A DNA stretch of 54,216 nucleotides, counting the filler, from Streblomastix strix (lineage: Eukaryota): NCBI GenBank assembly GCA_008636045.1. It is 3 parts of 3 records of this genome, joined end to end, with 100 filler letters (N's around TTAATTAATTAA, not from the genome) between each part and the next. Parts side by side here need not be neighbours in the genome. Positions count along the whole stretch, not along the records: positions 1 to 18,008 come from SNRW01000649.1; 2 more parts are not named here. One strand, 5' to 3'. This document shows, piece after piece, positions 1 through 14,490 of the stretch (position 1 is its first letter; every line of letters starts with the position of its first letter). The notes beneath the pieces are model-generated. The model saw only the letters and a list, made by a program, of their open reading frames with translations. It made no database searches and was not told the origin of the DNA. The translations under genes and the position numbers were made by a program.

Positions 1-2
1 GA

Positions 3-3000
3 GATCGCTCTCCTAAATCACCAAATGAAAAAGATTCATAATCAATTCGTAAAAGATAACAGCACTATGATAATAGATCTGTTGATAAACTTTTCATAAC
101 AGCTGGACGAGCTCTAATTATCATTTCAAATGGACAAATACAATATCACTAATATCCATTCAAATGGTTTAATGAGCTTGTAATGACAAGTGGAGCTAAT
201 TGGTGTTTGCCAAAAGCACAATCAGAACATTAAGATCCTAAATTCGATAATCCTTCAGTATCTTCAGTTAAATCACTCACCCTTAGTTTAGATTCTGATA
301 TATAGAGTCCTAATTCATAAACACCAGAAGAAATAAGCACAATAAGCGATATAGAAGATGTTCAACTTAAGATTGGAGCATAAATGCTCTTCATAATATC
401 AGCATCAAACTCTTCATTGGTTGTTGACTTAAGTTCAGGATCATTCTTTGAATTCCCAGGAAATGACACGAACATGAAAGAACTTGGAGATGGAAACCCA
501 GAAGATTTCCAATACAATCCTTGTTGGGTGAGTAGTGTAATTCCAGTCCCATATTAATCATTCAGTCCGCATCACTCAACTAATGACAGATTTATTATGG
601 GAGTAGGAAGTGGAAGAACTGGAGCTTTGCACAAAGTTCAGGTTGGATGTAAACTTCAGATGATAATGCAAGGGAAATGGTATGAAGAACTTCCTAAATT
701 ATTTACTGCAAAAGCATATTCAGGAGCTAAACTTCATTCATTGCTTTTGGTAGAAGAATAGAAAATATCAGCAAAAGAAAATGATGACCTAAAAGATTAA
801 AATTAATCTGAAAATAAACAAACATTAAAAAAGAAATTAATATAAAAACCATTCACAATTTCAGAAACATTCACCATCAACTTAAACACACCATATACTT
901 ATTCATCAACAGTTTTTGCATTACATGAAGATGTTGTAGAACCAATTGAGTCATTTGTAGTTGGAATTGACAGCACTAAGAAAACTGTTGCATTTGGAAG
1001 TGCTCAAGGAGCATTTGTGCAAATCACATCATCAGAAGTTCGAATTATTCCAACTGTTCGATATTATGCACAACATACAAATCGAGCAAATTAATCTAAT
1101 CAACATTAATAATAATCATAAATACCCCAAACTAAAGAATTTAAATCAGAGAATATTTTATAAATATAATCAGAATTCATCGGATTTGATGTATTGCATG
1201 GAATATCATGGCCAACACCGATCTTATTATCTGAAGAAGAATGTTAACAACGAATTCAAAATCATTTATTAAATCAAACAGATCCAAAACTTAATTCAGA
1301 CCAGAATCTACAATAATTTACATAATCTGGATCATTAGTAAATACATCTCCTTAAAAAGTGATCTTTGAATGTGGATGCATTTCTGACAACTTGATTGCA
1401 ATATCTTACCAATGCATCGTATATATTTTAATCTGGAATCCATCAAAACCGAAAATAACACCAATTGAAAAAGGATCTATTTCCTAATCTGGCAATTAAG
1501 CAACAGCAACTCAACTTCCTGCAATGTTTCAACCTGTTGCAACACTTTGCTTTCCTTCACCTGTTAAAACACTTTCAGCATCAACAATCTGCACTCGATC
1601 ATTCCTTGTAGTTGGATGTGAATAACCACCATCTGTATTCTTGTTTCGATTGGATTCTATTCAAGTTGCTCAATAGACAGAATAAGCCAGAAATAAGCTT
1701 TGGGATGATGGAGAAAAATTATTAGAAAGTATGAAACATTAAATTACATATCCAGTAATACAACGCCCAGATCCAACACTAATAATTCATAATGGCTAAT
1801 AACATATATCTGATTATAATAATTAATATAACAGTCAAAGAATTCGTATTGGATATGGAAATGAATGTACCATATTAAATAGCTCATCTAATTAGATTGA
1901 CGATTAAATATAAAGAACTGAAGGTCTTAAGATAAAATAACTTAGATTTGTTGAAGTTCTGAGTGGCTCGCATTAATTTGTAGAAGTTAAATTCTCTTCA
2001 AATGCAGTAATGACTCGTCTGCTTGATTTATATCCATATGATAGACCTGAATAAATTCTTCTCACAACATATAATCGTTAGGTTCGTATTTTTACTTCAG
2101 AAGAGGTTTAATAGAGAAATTCCAATTCACTTAATAATTCATCAAATTCATAAATTATAACCACATCTGCTTAAGATGAAGTTGAAGAATATCGATCACA
2201 AAAAAATTACTCATAGAATGAAGGAGCAGTTCTGATGATTGCAGGACATAATGGTTAGTTAGCTACAGCAATTCTTCCTCTTAATATACTTCTTGACTTT
2301 CCATCAAATTAATCTAATAAAAATTTATATTCTGCATAATTCTTCTTCCCATCTTTAATAACAACACTGAAATTATGTCCTCAACCAGTTAAATTAGTTG
2401 AAGATGAAGGAACAGTGTATCTTTATGGAGACAGATTAGCTGCATTGACATGGAATGATCAAGCATTAATGATGATATGGGCTAATTTAGATTGTGCTGG
2501 GACTATTCATTCATTAATGCCCATGCATATTGTAGATGAATAAGCTTCTTAATCTACTTAAGATAATTAATACAATTAAGGAAGTGAATAAAATATCCAA
2601 CAAGGGTCTTAATTGAGTTCAAAAATGAATAACACAAATTAAACTCCAATTCCTCATCCTACACTCTGTTGGATCGACTTTATAGACAGAAGATTGACTT
2701 TCGGAACTGTTGATAAACGACGTGTAATTCTTCATGAGACAAAAGATCTTCCTTCTTTACCACTTTCTATTACGCATATTCCAACACTTCATGCCGTTGC
2801 TTGTCTTTGCAGAGAACATTCAAAGTAGAATTACTTTGATTAAATTTAAGATGCAGATTAAGAATTTAATAGAAATAACTTTTTCAATGAAAATGAAAAA
2901 TAATAAAATGATAATAATAATTAAGATATAAATAATGATTTTTTAAATACAACTTACAAAAAATCAAAAGCACTTGTTGGACTTGGATTGGATGTTTCTG

Positions 3001-6000
3001 GAATAACGGGGGTCGATTAATAAATTTATATGCCATTCCACGACATATTCTAAAATTACCTTCAATCAAAAGAAAAAAATAATAATAATAATTAATTTGA
3101 AGAAAATAATCAATCTTCAGAGTCAAGATTAACATTTTAATAAGAAGATAAATATTACAAAGAATAATGGAACAAATATTAATTATCTGGATAATATTTT
3201 CATTAATCTATTCCTGAACGAGATGAGAAAGGAGATTCATTTATTGACATTTGTACAGATTGGAACATCGAATGCCACTCAAAGCATTATAAAGATTATC
3301 GTCCAAAAAGACTTCCTCCTTTCAGATATAACGTTCCTAAGGTTAATTTGAGCTATTCATCTAAGTCTGATTTCACAATTGCATATCCACCTTGGCTTTC
3401 TCCATTGAATGTAAAGACCGCTATGAAAAATCAGAATCTTCGATTAAGCGCAATGAAAAAGAAATATACTTATACTTCGATGAATGAATTATCATTAATA
3501 AAAAACTCGACATATGAACCAGACTATTAAGAGATTGAAGTTGAAATAAATGAATATTTGCCATTACCTTCCAATAATTAATAAATTCAATCCAAAATCC
3601 AATCACAACTATAATAATCTTATTCTACTAATTCCAACATTAAATCAATTGAAAAATAATAAATATAAGAAAAACGAATTGAATTTACAGCAAAATCATT
3701 TGAACAATATGTAAAGACAGTTACAAATGCATATGTGATTGTACTTTATGATGAAACTGAAATGCATCTTCGGATTGGTGAACTGAACTTATCTCGCATG
3801 AATCTGGACTTTGGAAAAAATTAATATGATCTTGGATGAACTTCATCTGAAATTCAATTGCAATAAAATAAATTGGAAACTGTAGAAGAATATTATAATT
3901 TAGACAAATATGGAATGTCAACACAACTATATAATTTCTTTAACATGGTTTGTGTTACTATTCCAACTCAACAAGGATATTATGAGATAGAAAAATATTA
4001 GCGATCATTAGTTAATGAATTATAAGAAGCTGCTAATGATTTAGGATATAATACATAAAATATAAATAAACTTGATTAAATACTGAAAGAATAAGATCAA
4101 ACAGAATCAATTGTAGATTCTAATTAAATATAAACAAAGAAAAATATATAAAAAAGATCTAATATGAATAAAGATGAAACCTCATATTAATTCTAGAATT
4201 AAAATACATAAACCAAAAAGATTTAAAATGAAAACTAAAACTCTTAAAATGAATTTAATAAAAATGAATATATTTAGAATAAATAAAAAGAATACGAAGA
4301 AAAAAATGAAGAATATAAAAAGAAAAATATAAATTGTAAATTGTTCGATTCAATGCATATTGAAGAATTTAATGATCGATATGCCAGATCTTTAATTTGT
4401 GTTCTTGGTCGAGAAAGCACATTTGGTGAACAGAAATCTGAAATTTAATCGAATGAAACAGATCCAAATTCATAAACACAACAACAGGAATTATTTGATG
4501 TTGAAAATGAAACATTCTTTGAGAATATGATAACAGATATATTTATATTCGAGGTTATTCGACATAACATTCTTGGAAATGCCAGAAATGTATCTCTATA
4601 AATTTTAGAAAAGCAAATTAATGAAAAAGACTTAGAAACTGAATAATAAATTCATTTTGATGATGACCAAATATAAAGAGCTTTAGACTAATGCGAAAAA
4701 ATTGATCATTCTTATGGTGATATAAGTACTTCTGCAATGAGTACTGATTAAAACAAGGCTCAACTTCTTAATATTTCATTGACACTTCACAAAAGAATTC
4801 GTATTTTAGGAGGAGTATAAGGAATTTATGGTCATCCTTCAATGCTTGTTGTTCTTAATGGGAAAGGTGCATTTGTATTTGTTGTTAGTCCTCGTCTTGA
4901 TGATAATGAATTAGAAATTGTAAACAATGTGTATAAAATAATCGACAACAACAAATATCCAAATAATGAATTGATAAATAGAAAAATTCAAGACTAAAAT
5001 GAAGATACAGAATAACCAGATACAAAAACTGACTTAGGCAATAAAGAGAAAGATTAATATTAAAATATTGAATTTTGCAGTTGTACAAATCCATTATTCT
5101 TAGAAAATGGAGATTTGTTTCCTACAGCACCATTCCACGCTGCTGTCAAAAACGTGCGTTGCTTAACTGATAGCGTTGGAAATCCAAAATATTAATCCAG
5201 ATTATCACTACCAAAAATGAAGCATTATTATTAATTTGACAAAGAAACATTATCCACTTCATCAAAACCTATCGAGGGATATTAAATAATCAGCCCATTT
5301 ACTTTCAATGTACAGCAAATTGCATTTATTATTGCACCTTCTCCTATAATATCTATTTCATTGTCGACAACACCTCATCGACCATATCTTACAGGTCTTC
5401 CACTTTCTGTAATTTCCACATCTGTTCACAATGATAAAAACTTTGAAAGAGATTTGATAATAATGCATAAGATTGATAATTTCATTCCATAATATATTTA
5501 TCATTCAAGATATATAAGAGTTTCTGTTGTATTTGCGCCCTGTGGAATATCTTTTGTTGACATTAAATTTAATCCATCAGCATAATTGACTAGTACTTTA
5601 AAATTTCAACAACGACGTTTCTGCGCATATTATCCGAATGATGGAGAAATTATTGAAAATATGATCAAGAAATCAAAAATTGCATCAAACATAAAGAAAA
5701 AGAAAAAGCCGAAAAAGAATAAATAAAAAATTATTTCCAATGTTTCAAACAACAGATATTCAAATATTTCAATTTAATCATCTGAAAAACCAAAATATAC
5801 CCCTCCTTCATTATTAGCATTCTGGAAAAGATAAGATTCAGAAAAAATCAAGTTGCCGAGCACATCTATTATGCCTCTTACATTTGCATAGCGGAGATGT
5901 AGACATTGCAATAATTTACTCGAAGTTAAAAATAATAAAAACAATTAAACATTAAATAAATTAAACTCTGAACATTCTCAATAGACAATTTCAAGTTAAA

Positions 6001-9000
6001 TAACATCATCTTAAAACAATAATCAAATTACTAATAAACAAACTCCCTAAGATTTTATTATAGATAATATTGATATATAAACACGATCAAATATTCCAAT
6101 TAGCTCTCAGATTAAATTACCTCCAATACGGGGAAGTGATGTTGCAAGAGTTGCTGGTATTTAGATGAAACATCGTCCAAGAGATCTTGTTAGAACAGGT
6201 TCAATATTTGGATAGAAAACAAGTCTTGTTGCACAGGCTTATGCACCATCGTTGATTATTGATATTGCTCCACTTGGATTTAATTAATTTGCTCTTGTTT
6301 CAGATTTTAATATTCTTATCTATGCTCTTCTTCCGAATCCGCTTTACAAACATATGAAACATAAAATAATTTCTTCTAATACAAATATTATTTAATGTGA
6401 TGGATATGAATATCTTCCCCTTTGTGCTGTTTTAAATGCAAATATTCCAACTACTCGGCACTATTCGTTTATTCATAGATGCAATGCTGGTTTAAATTCA
6501 ATATTCAGTGGACTTTAACAAGATTTCTTATAAAATATGTATCGAAATCTAGAACTAATGAGATAATAACATCTGAGTATAACTGCTCCACTAGTAGATC
6601 CTTCAGACTTGAAATAAAATAAGTATAATCAAAATAAATAAAATCCCGATGAAAAAACTGATTAATAAATTTTAAAATATGAATAAATTTAAACTGAAGA
6701 TGATGATCTTTATGCTGAAGACTTCGACAATGATTATTATCTTCATATGAACAGATAGAATCAATCTTTAATTGGGTTATTCAATCTTTCCCCAAAAGGA
6801 TCGATGCAAAATCTACCTCAAATTCCAAGTTTTACTTTCTTCTCTCGCTCAGGTGCTATTTTACGATCTGTTCCTTCAACCTACGATAAAATACCCATAA
6901 ATGACTTATTTATCAATATGCATATATTTTCACTTCTTGACCAGAACTTTGGAGACATCTGGAAGCCATCACATACAAAAGTATTAAATGATTTCTGGCG
7001 AATTGAAGAGCAGACTTTCAATATAACTACAATTGAACGTTCTATTAGAGAATATGTTGCGACTGGAAGAATTGCAAGAAGGCCCCCTAATTCATTAAGC
7101 GAATATTTGCCTCCGATATATTCATTCAAGGACGGGAGATATTTGGAGAGCGAGGTATTTAATTATACATAGTTATTTATAATTAAACTTTATTATTCTA
7201 TTGTTAATATTATATTCAATTCAGTCAATATTTGGAATTTCTCCTCATCCAATTTCTGCAAATTCTACAAATTGGAAGATTCTTAATTATAAAAATGTAG
7301 TTGCAACATTAGATCGTATGCTCTTCCACGGTCGTCATTTATGTCAACATCGATTATTTATCCGTGAAGTATTGCGAAGGGTTCTTAAAAACTTTGAAAG
7401 CTTAAATCTATAAGATAGGAGCAATAATATTGTCTAAGAAAAAAATTCTAAATAATAATTAATTTAACTTGTATATAATTTGATGTATGCTATCTCAATT
7501 CCAGCATAAATGATGAAAAGTGACTTTAGAAAAGATTTCACGAAGGAGCTGTATTATAAGATATATTAGTCAATATTCGGATTGCAACAAATATCTATTG
7601 CAGCAAGAAATCCATAAATCAGATACTTTCAGTTAATGAAATAAGAATTCTAAACTCAAAATTACAATGAAAGAGTTCTCGATAATCAATTTTGGTATAA
7701 ATACAAAAACTTTATCTTTAATGAGCCAGTTGGAGTTGGAGCCGATTTCAACATTCAATACAATATTGATCCAGTTGTTGATAAAGATTTTCCTCATGGT
7801 TTCACAAGTAATCCAATCAAACTTACAAATTAATATAATTTAAACCCATCTAATTATTCTCTTGATATGTTTTAAATAGCTGAAAAAATTCTTTATAATA
7901 AGAATCACCTTCAAAGTGCTGGAATGAGTTTGAAATTGAATAGTTTATTCCAATCATTAATTAAAGTTAACAAAAGAGTTCAGATGATCAGCAAAGGCAA
8001 AGAATTCTATTAGATTATTCATTTTAATAACATAGAAGAAAAATCAAACTCAGATGACGAGAAATCATTTTTAAGTAAATTTTCTTTAGAATCAATACCA
8101 ATGTATATTTAATTAACAACTGTAGATCATGAAAATAAGAAAAGTACTGAAAAATTAAATTCTCACAAACAAAAACAAGATAAATATAAATAAGATGTGA
8201 AATAAATTCAAAAAAGAGTTCCAAAAGAATTTAGCAAAGCTTAAAATATGTAGCGAAATATTCATTCTATAGATTTAAATTATCATTAAAACAAATTGAA
8301 ATAAAATCAAATCAATGAAAATGGTTAAAATTAGCTTTATTCTAAAGATGATAAAAATAATCTTAATAAAAAGTAAATTCGCAGAAATATTCATGAAGAT
8401 TAAATTAATTATTAAAAATCTAAAAAGAAAAATAAAAATGAATAAAAAATTGATATAATTGAAAAATCAAGCAAAACAGAGAAAGATTCTAATACAAAAC
8501 TTTCATTAACAACCAAGTCACACAAACAAAATATTTTTGAGAATTAATAATAGAATTCATTATACCAATAAAATTTAATCCAATAAGAACGTATGACAAA
8601 TATTGGTATATCAAATAAATAAAAAGACAACATTGATGATGGAACTGATTTCACTGATGATACAAGCGATACTAACAAAGAAGTGAAACCTGTTCGAATC
8701 ACTCATATTAATCAAATGCAACAACCGATACTTCAACGTGCATAATATAACCAACATTTTCCACATTTCACCCAAATTACAAAAGATGTTGATTGGATCG
8801 AGAATATTAATGCATCAGAAGTAACGAATAAGAAAGAGCTTATTGATGGGAAAGTATTTAGTATATAACCTAAATCTGAATCAAATTTGTTTATTATTAG
8901 CAAATTAAATAACAATGAAAAAATTGAATTTATTAATCAAGATGATCAGGTAGTAATTCCACAAAGCTAATCAAATTTGTCACTTTTTTCTTCATAATCT

Positions 9001-9138
9001 TTATTAGATAAATCTGTGGAATAAGAATAATTATTGTTAAACTCTTTGTAATTAAATTAATCTCAATTGCCACTAATCCCAATTTAATTGAAAGAAGATA
9101 TAAATACTCATGATAACAATTTAAATAATTAGAGTTGA
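3..9138 (+). CDS. Giant DDB1/SF3B3/CPSF1 (MMS1_N/CPSF_A) family beta-propeller protein, 5'-partial, >3000 aa
   Basis: Frame 3 reads open with TAR=Gln from 3 to 7154, then a phase-0 GT-AG intron (7155-7224), then frame 1 to TGA at 9136-9138. Motifs resemble DDB1/SF3B3 propeller strands: MGVGSGRTGALHKVQVG, GIDSTKKTVAFGSAQGAFVQITSSEVRII, RSFLVVG, LKLCPQPVKL..VYLYGDR, LTFGTVD..ILH. Confidence 0.7.
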
Positions 9139-9681
9139 AAAATTAGAAATGGAATTGGATTAATTATTTTGAAATTACTATTTAAATATTTTTTTTTATT
9201 TTTATTGTCTATAAATATTTATTTTTATATATTTTTAACGAAATTAATATATAAAATTAAAAAAATTATTAATTTTAATTAATTTCCTTATTTTTATTTT
9301 TATTTGTTAATTATTAATGAATAATTTTTTTTATGAGTGTTAGATATTTAGATTAACTCAATTTTCTTATTGATCAATTTCATTTGCTTGTAATATTTTT
9401 ATTTATATTTGTTCCAAAATATAAATAAATTAATAAAATTAATTATTTTGTGAAAATTCAAGTGTTTTATATACTTTTTTAAATGTTTATTAATTTTTAA
9501 AGAAGAGTTTGGAGATGATTCGATTATTAAAGAAGATAGATTGAAACAAGAAAAATGTTTAAAGCTGAAGATGGTTACAAAGAAGAACTTGTTGTCATGT
9601 TTCCAAGAGAGATGAGGTTAATAATTGGTTACGCCTTCTCTTTTTATCTCACCTCTTTATTTAGATGCCTTTGTAGGTCCA

Positions 9682-10860
9682 CTATGGACAATGAACGAAC
9701 GGACATCTGATCTATTGGGTAGCCATTTTCAAAAAATGTCAAAGAATTCTATAAAATCGGAACAATCAGAGCCGAGACTGTTTGTGAACATCGATCCGCC
9801 AAAGTTCACTACATGGATACATGTCGCGACCGCAGTTGAACAACCAGAGATGGGAGACGAGATCGGAAAGTTTCATCAATCCGAGTTACAGCCGAAGCTA
9901 CAGGACATCGAGCGACAACTAACTCTGAGGCAGACAGTCAGTGAAAGGACACAAATGCTTATGCAAAAAGTTTTGGAGGTGATGACTGGCGCGCAAGCGA
10001 ATGAGATTGATTTCTGGGCAACTAACATCCTTGGCGAACAGAACGGCGAGGCACGGAGAAGATAGATACAATGTCCTTCACTACTACACATTACATCGGA
10101 ACTAATTTCGGACGAAGTACTAGACTCTAAGTGCAGTCCGATCTATAAACTTTTGCCGAACGAGCAAGTACTGGCGTTATACAACTTCAGAATAGGCGAA
10201 GAAATGCAAGCACACTTGTGCCAACAAATAGAAGAAAATTTCGCAAACGATGTTCTTAGCTAGATGATCCATAATTTAAGGTAAGCCGAGAGAACATACT
10301 TTGCATGAGCGCGAAACGAAATTGGGACCAACGCAAACTATTTTAGCTTGGCTGCGAATTCAATTAACTCACATTTGAATAGCGAAACAGTGTCGCAAAT
10401 ATTGGGTGCACAAGTAATTGCAAAGAGCGATACAGCGATCAATGATGCGATAGGAATTACAAATTTGTTGTTTGGAATCCAACAGCAGGGAAAAGCAAGA
10501 GTAAAGACTAAAGGATTTTGCCAATTGACACCATCAGCAATCTGGAAACAAATAATAAGACCAATGTTAAATTAAACAAGTCTTAGGCTATCGATAAAAA
10601 CCAAGAAACACAGATTACAAGAACACATAATGACATGACACCTTTAAGGTCGGGACTAAGGGGACAACCTCCACCAGGAAAAGGATCATACACACCAAGA
10701 AACGCGGTGGTACCATATACAACGATTTTCCATCCTGCATTGAAAACAAAATAAGAAATACCAGAAATTTCAATTGTAATATCAAAAGAAATTATGAAAG
10801 ATTACATGCGTAGATGGATGCTAAAAGGATTTGGTCGAATATCAGATGGCACGGATATGA
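9682..10860 (+). mobile_element. Degenerate GC-richer ORF, possibly gag/ORF1 of a retroelement
   Basis: Abrupt GC rise and an intronless reading frame (MNERTSDLLG...) broken by in-frame TGA (~10306) and a frame change near 10640. It abuts the end of the polB relic. No diagnostic motif was recognised. Confidence 0.35.
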
Positions 10861-10899
10861 TTATCATTTGGGAATATCACTATCAAATATTATCATTTT

Positions 10900-13800
10900 A
10901 TCATCTACTCCCGTTAAAGCGGATTTATTAATTTTTACCATTGAAATCACTCCTTTTTCAATTAAATTTAAGTAGCTTTAACTAATATGTTTGAATTATT
11001 TTCAATTCAATTAATATAATGATCTCTAGTCAAATCACTATTCATTTCATTCACAACTTTCAATCTTATCACATCATCAATCTCCCCATCAATTGCAGAA
11101 TAACATTTGGGAACTAAGCAAATGATGCTTTCTCTCTATGATTCAATAGCACAACCAAGTAGTTTCTTTTCTTCGGCAATTGTACAACCTTCTCATGGAA
11201 GCAACTCTTTACTATGATCATCACAAAATTATTGAATTATAATTGAATGTTTGAATTATTGCTTATATCCTTCAACAGTTGAACCACTAATAACTAGGTA
11301 CATCGAATCCGTATCCATATAGAAGAAATGAACTCCATTCATATCAATACACTTGTATTGGAAGAAGTAAATGAAGCACAAATACCCGAATCTTGAATTG
11401 TGTTAAGTGAATATACTTTATTATAAATATTTATGATTAGAAAATGAATCTGGATTAATTGATACAAGATAGCGGTCTTTACAAATCTTGCATGTATTAG
11501 CGAATCCTTAATTTAATTATTTTAGAAAGGTTTATTATTTATTGTATATCCCAATTTTATCAAATTTCTCATTATTTTAGCCATCAGCTCCATATGAACT
11601 ATTCTATATATTTTTGAAATAAAGTTATTTGGCTTATTTGCCATCTTGCATAATTTACTAATGTTTGTCGGTCATCGATTTATCGATTGATTCGAATGTA
11701 GTTTGTTTGCTGAATAATACTATCTCTTCAACATCATCGAAAATAAAATGACAATAGTCTATAAGTATCTATAAGTAATATGAGCAAAACTACATAAGTT
11801 CATCTTATATATAAATAGCAATGATGTTAATTTTGTTACTAACTTATTAATAGATATTTTTTATTATTTCATTTTTTTATAAGTGAATTTTCCAATCGTT
11901 TTCTCTTCAGTTTTATAAATTATTTCCTACAGATTAGTTGGAAGTTAATGTTGTCGGTAATATAATTCTTATCAACGTGACCAATAACTGATGATATGAA
12001 TAATTATCTACGTTCCTCGGAGAATCTATCTTTAGAATTGATTATATTCATCTTATCTTTTCATTTGGTGTCTCGATAACTTTAGTCATTAACTTCATGT
12101 ATTTTTCATTGTTTAATTACTTTTCCAGCTATGCACATCTTATCACCAGTATATGGGTAATTTTTATTACAAATTCCACTGAAAGCACTTGTACAATATG
12201 AGCTGAAACCAAGATCCAAAAAATACGTTATGATGTAATCTAAATCATAAGTTGTCTCGTTATTTTCTTCATGATTATATTTAAATTTATTTATATGAGT
12301 TAATTCTTTGATGTTATATTGATGGAATACTTAGATCAATCAGCCATGAATAGATTTTCTTAAAAATCAATAAATCTCTTCGTTCTCAATTGTCATAGAT
12401 AGATTCTTAACAGATGCGTACTTATTCATCTATATCATTAATTTTGCAACATCAACGTCTTTGTAAGATCTTGTAGAGTTACATTGTTAGTAAGCTAGTT
12501 TACAATTGTCTTTTGAATGAGCAATGTTGTTGTCAATCCATTCAAGAGTTGGCTTGTTTACATTAGTGAACTAAGCTTAACAGTAGCAGCAATTATTTGG
12601 GATCATCTGGTTAAAGTAATCTATATCATCAGCAGTTACATTATTTCTTGTATCTCTTCCTGCTCTGATATCCTGTTGTAAATATGATTCAACTTTCTTG
12701 CTCAATTTTTCTGAATAAAACTGAAATTTTTTATTTATTGTTTCTATATTGTAATCTCTATTAATTTCAAAGTCTTCCCAAGCGTAATTATACTTAATTG
12801 AGTTAGCGATTTGAGATAAGGATATCTAAAATAGCATCTCAATATCTTACTACCAACATAAATCTATAAAATTTTTGATTGAAACAAACATACACTCTAC
12901 ATCACGAATATTGTAGCACTTTAGATATGCCCTTCTATCTTTAAATTTTCTGTTCCCATTTACATCCGAACTGTTGAAATCGTCAACATATTCCTAATAA
13001 TCTTTATCATTAATATTTTTCCAACTAATTTAATTATAAAAATCTTCATGTTTAAATGGCTCGGATAATGATAGGAAATAATTAACATTGTTAGTGTTGA
13101 AAGATCCATGAGGAAATTTACCTTTCGTTAGTTTGATTCCATTGTCATATTTATGAATGTAATTAACAAGAGTTTTTGGAGGGATTAATGTAAGAACATC
13201 CTTGAAAAATAATTCAAACTAATAGTCTATATGCATATAATTGTTACTTATTTTTATTATATCGTTGATCCGAGATAAGCTTTATGTTTAAATATAATTT
13301 TAGGATATTAAACTAGATATGGGAATATATTGTTAAAATCAAATTTCTTAGTATTGAATTCAAAGATATCTACTTGATTTTTCTTTTATTAATGTTTTTA
13401 TTATTCATTCTCATTATCGAATTCAACAACTGGTTCATATGTTGAATTTGTTTCATTAACCTCATTCGCCAGCTCCCACATTTGTTCTCTGAATTTATTC
13501 ATGAAATCTTATGTTCGAATATCAATGTATTTTGATTATATTTAATTATTAATTTATGTACCAATAACTATAGATAGTAGTTTGAGTTATGCGTAGATTT
13601 ATTCATCCTCCAAATTCTAATCTTCAACTGTTTCTGCATCAATGCACATGTAGTTTTTCGTGGATTATAGTATGTTGCTTATTCCTTATTATTAATCCTT
13701 GGGGAAGAGCTTTGTTTTGCCTTTATCGAATAGTATTTGAATTATTTTTGTTGATTTGAGATATGATTTAAATGATTAAGTTAACTTATCAAGTTTTAGA

Positions 13801-14490
13801 TGATTCTATTAATCAGAACCTTCGCATGATTCATGATGGGGTTTGTTATCTCTACCATAGTGCATACTATCCCGATTGAATAATTTTTGATTGCACTTCT
13901 TACACAAGTACCCACTTACTACCCGATCAATATCTTTAATGAACATAGCATGAACTTACTGATTCCCATCACCTTGAATTGTTGAAGGGACTAGTAAAAT
14001 ATGTGTGGTTCTCCGCTCTTAATTAACAGTATATTCGTTAGTTATATTGAATTATTTTTCGGAGTGATCATATTCATAAGTCATTACATTTAGATTGAAG
14101 CATTATTGGAATTTCTCTAGATCTGTTTCTTAATTGAATCCTTCATATTCTTTTAACAATTATTTTTATTCTTTCTTTAATCGTCCACCCTCTTTATGAA
14201 CTTAATCATTATACTATAAAAACAATTCAATACCATTAGCGACACGAGATTTATTGTTATTTATTTCAGGATGCAATTAAAATGAAGCAGCAATAAACCT
14301 GCAGATATTGTAATCACAATCAATGGATCTAATGAAAGCATGCTTAATGAAATTTGGACAGATGTAAAATTTCAGTTCTAATTTTATTGTAATTTGAGGA
14401 AATTGGGAAGAAACTATTAGAACAATTGTGTAATGTCTTATAGCTTTAGAACCGAAGCCAATGATTTGGGATAAAATCTCATTATTTTCT
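10900..14490 (-). pseudogene. polB: Protein-primed family B DNA polymerase of a Polinton/Maverick-like element, decayed
   Basis: ExoI YMCIDAETVE (~13640), ExoII IFEFNTKKFD (~13350), KGKFPH, ExoIII YLKCYNIRDV (~12910), degenerate motif A LDLGFSSYCTS (~12200), motif B KNIQNSSYG (~11600), motif C YMDTDS (~11304-11321). In-frame TGA at ~11194 and ~11010. Confidence 0.9.

Noticed and set aside
961..8915. Short track ORFs as separate genes
   Set aside because: They are alternative frames or TAR-bounded pieces of the single large gene.
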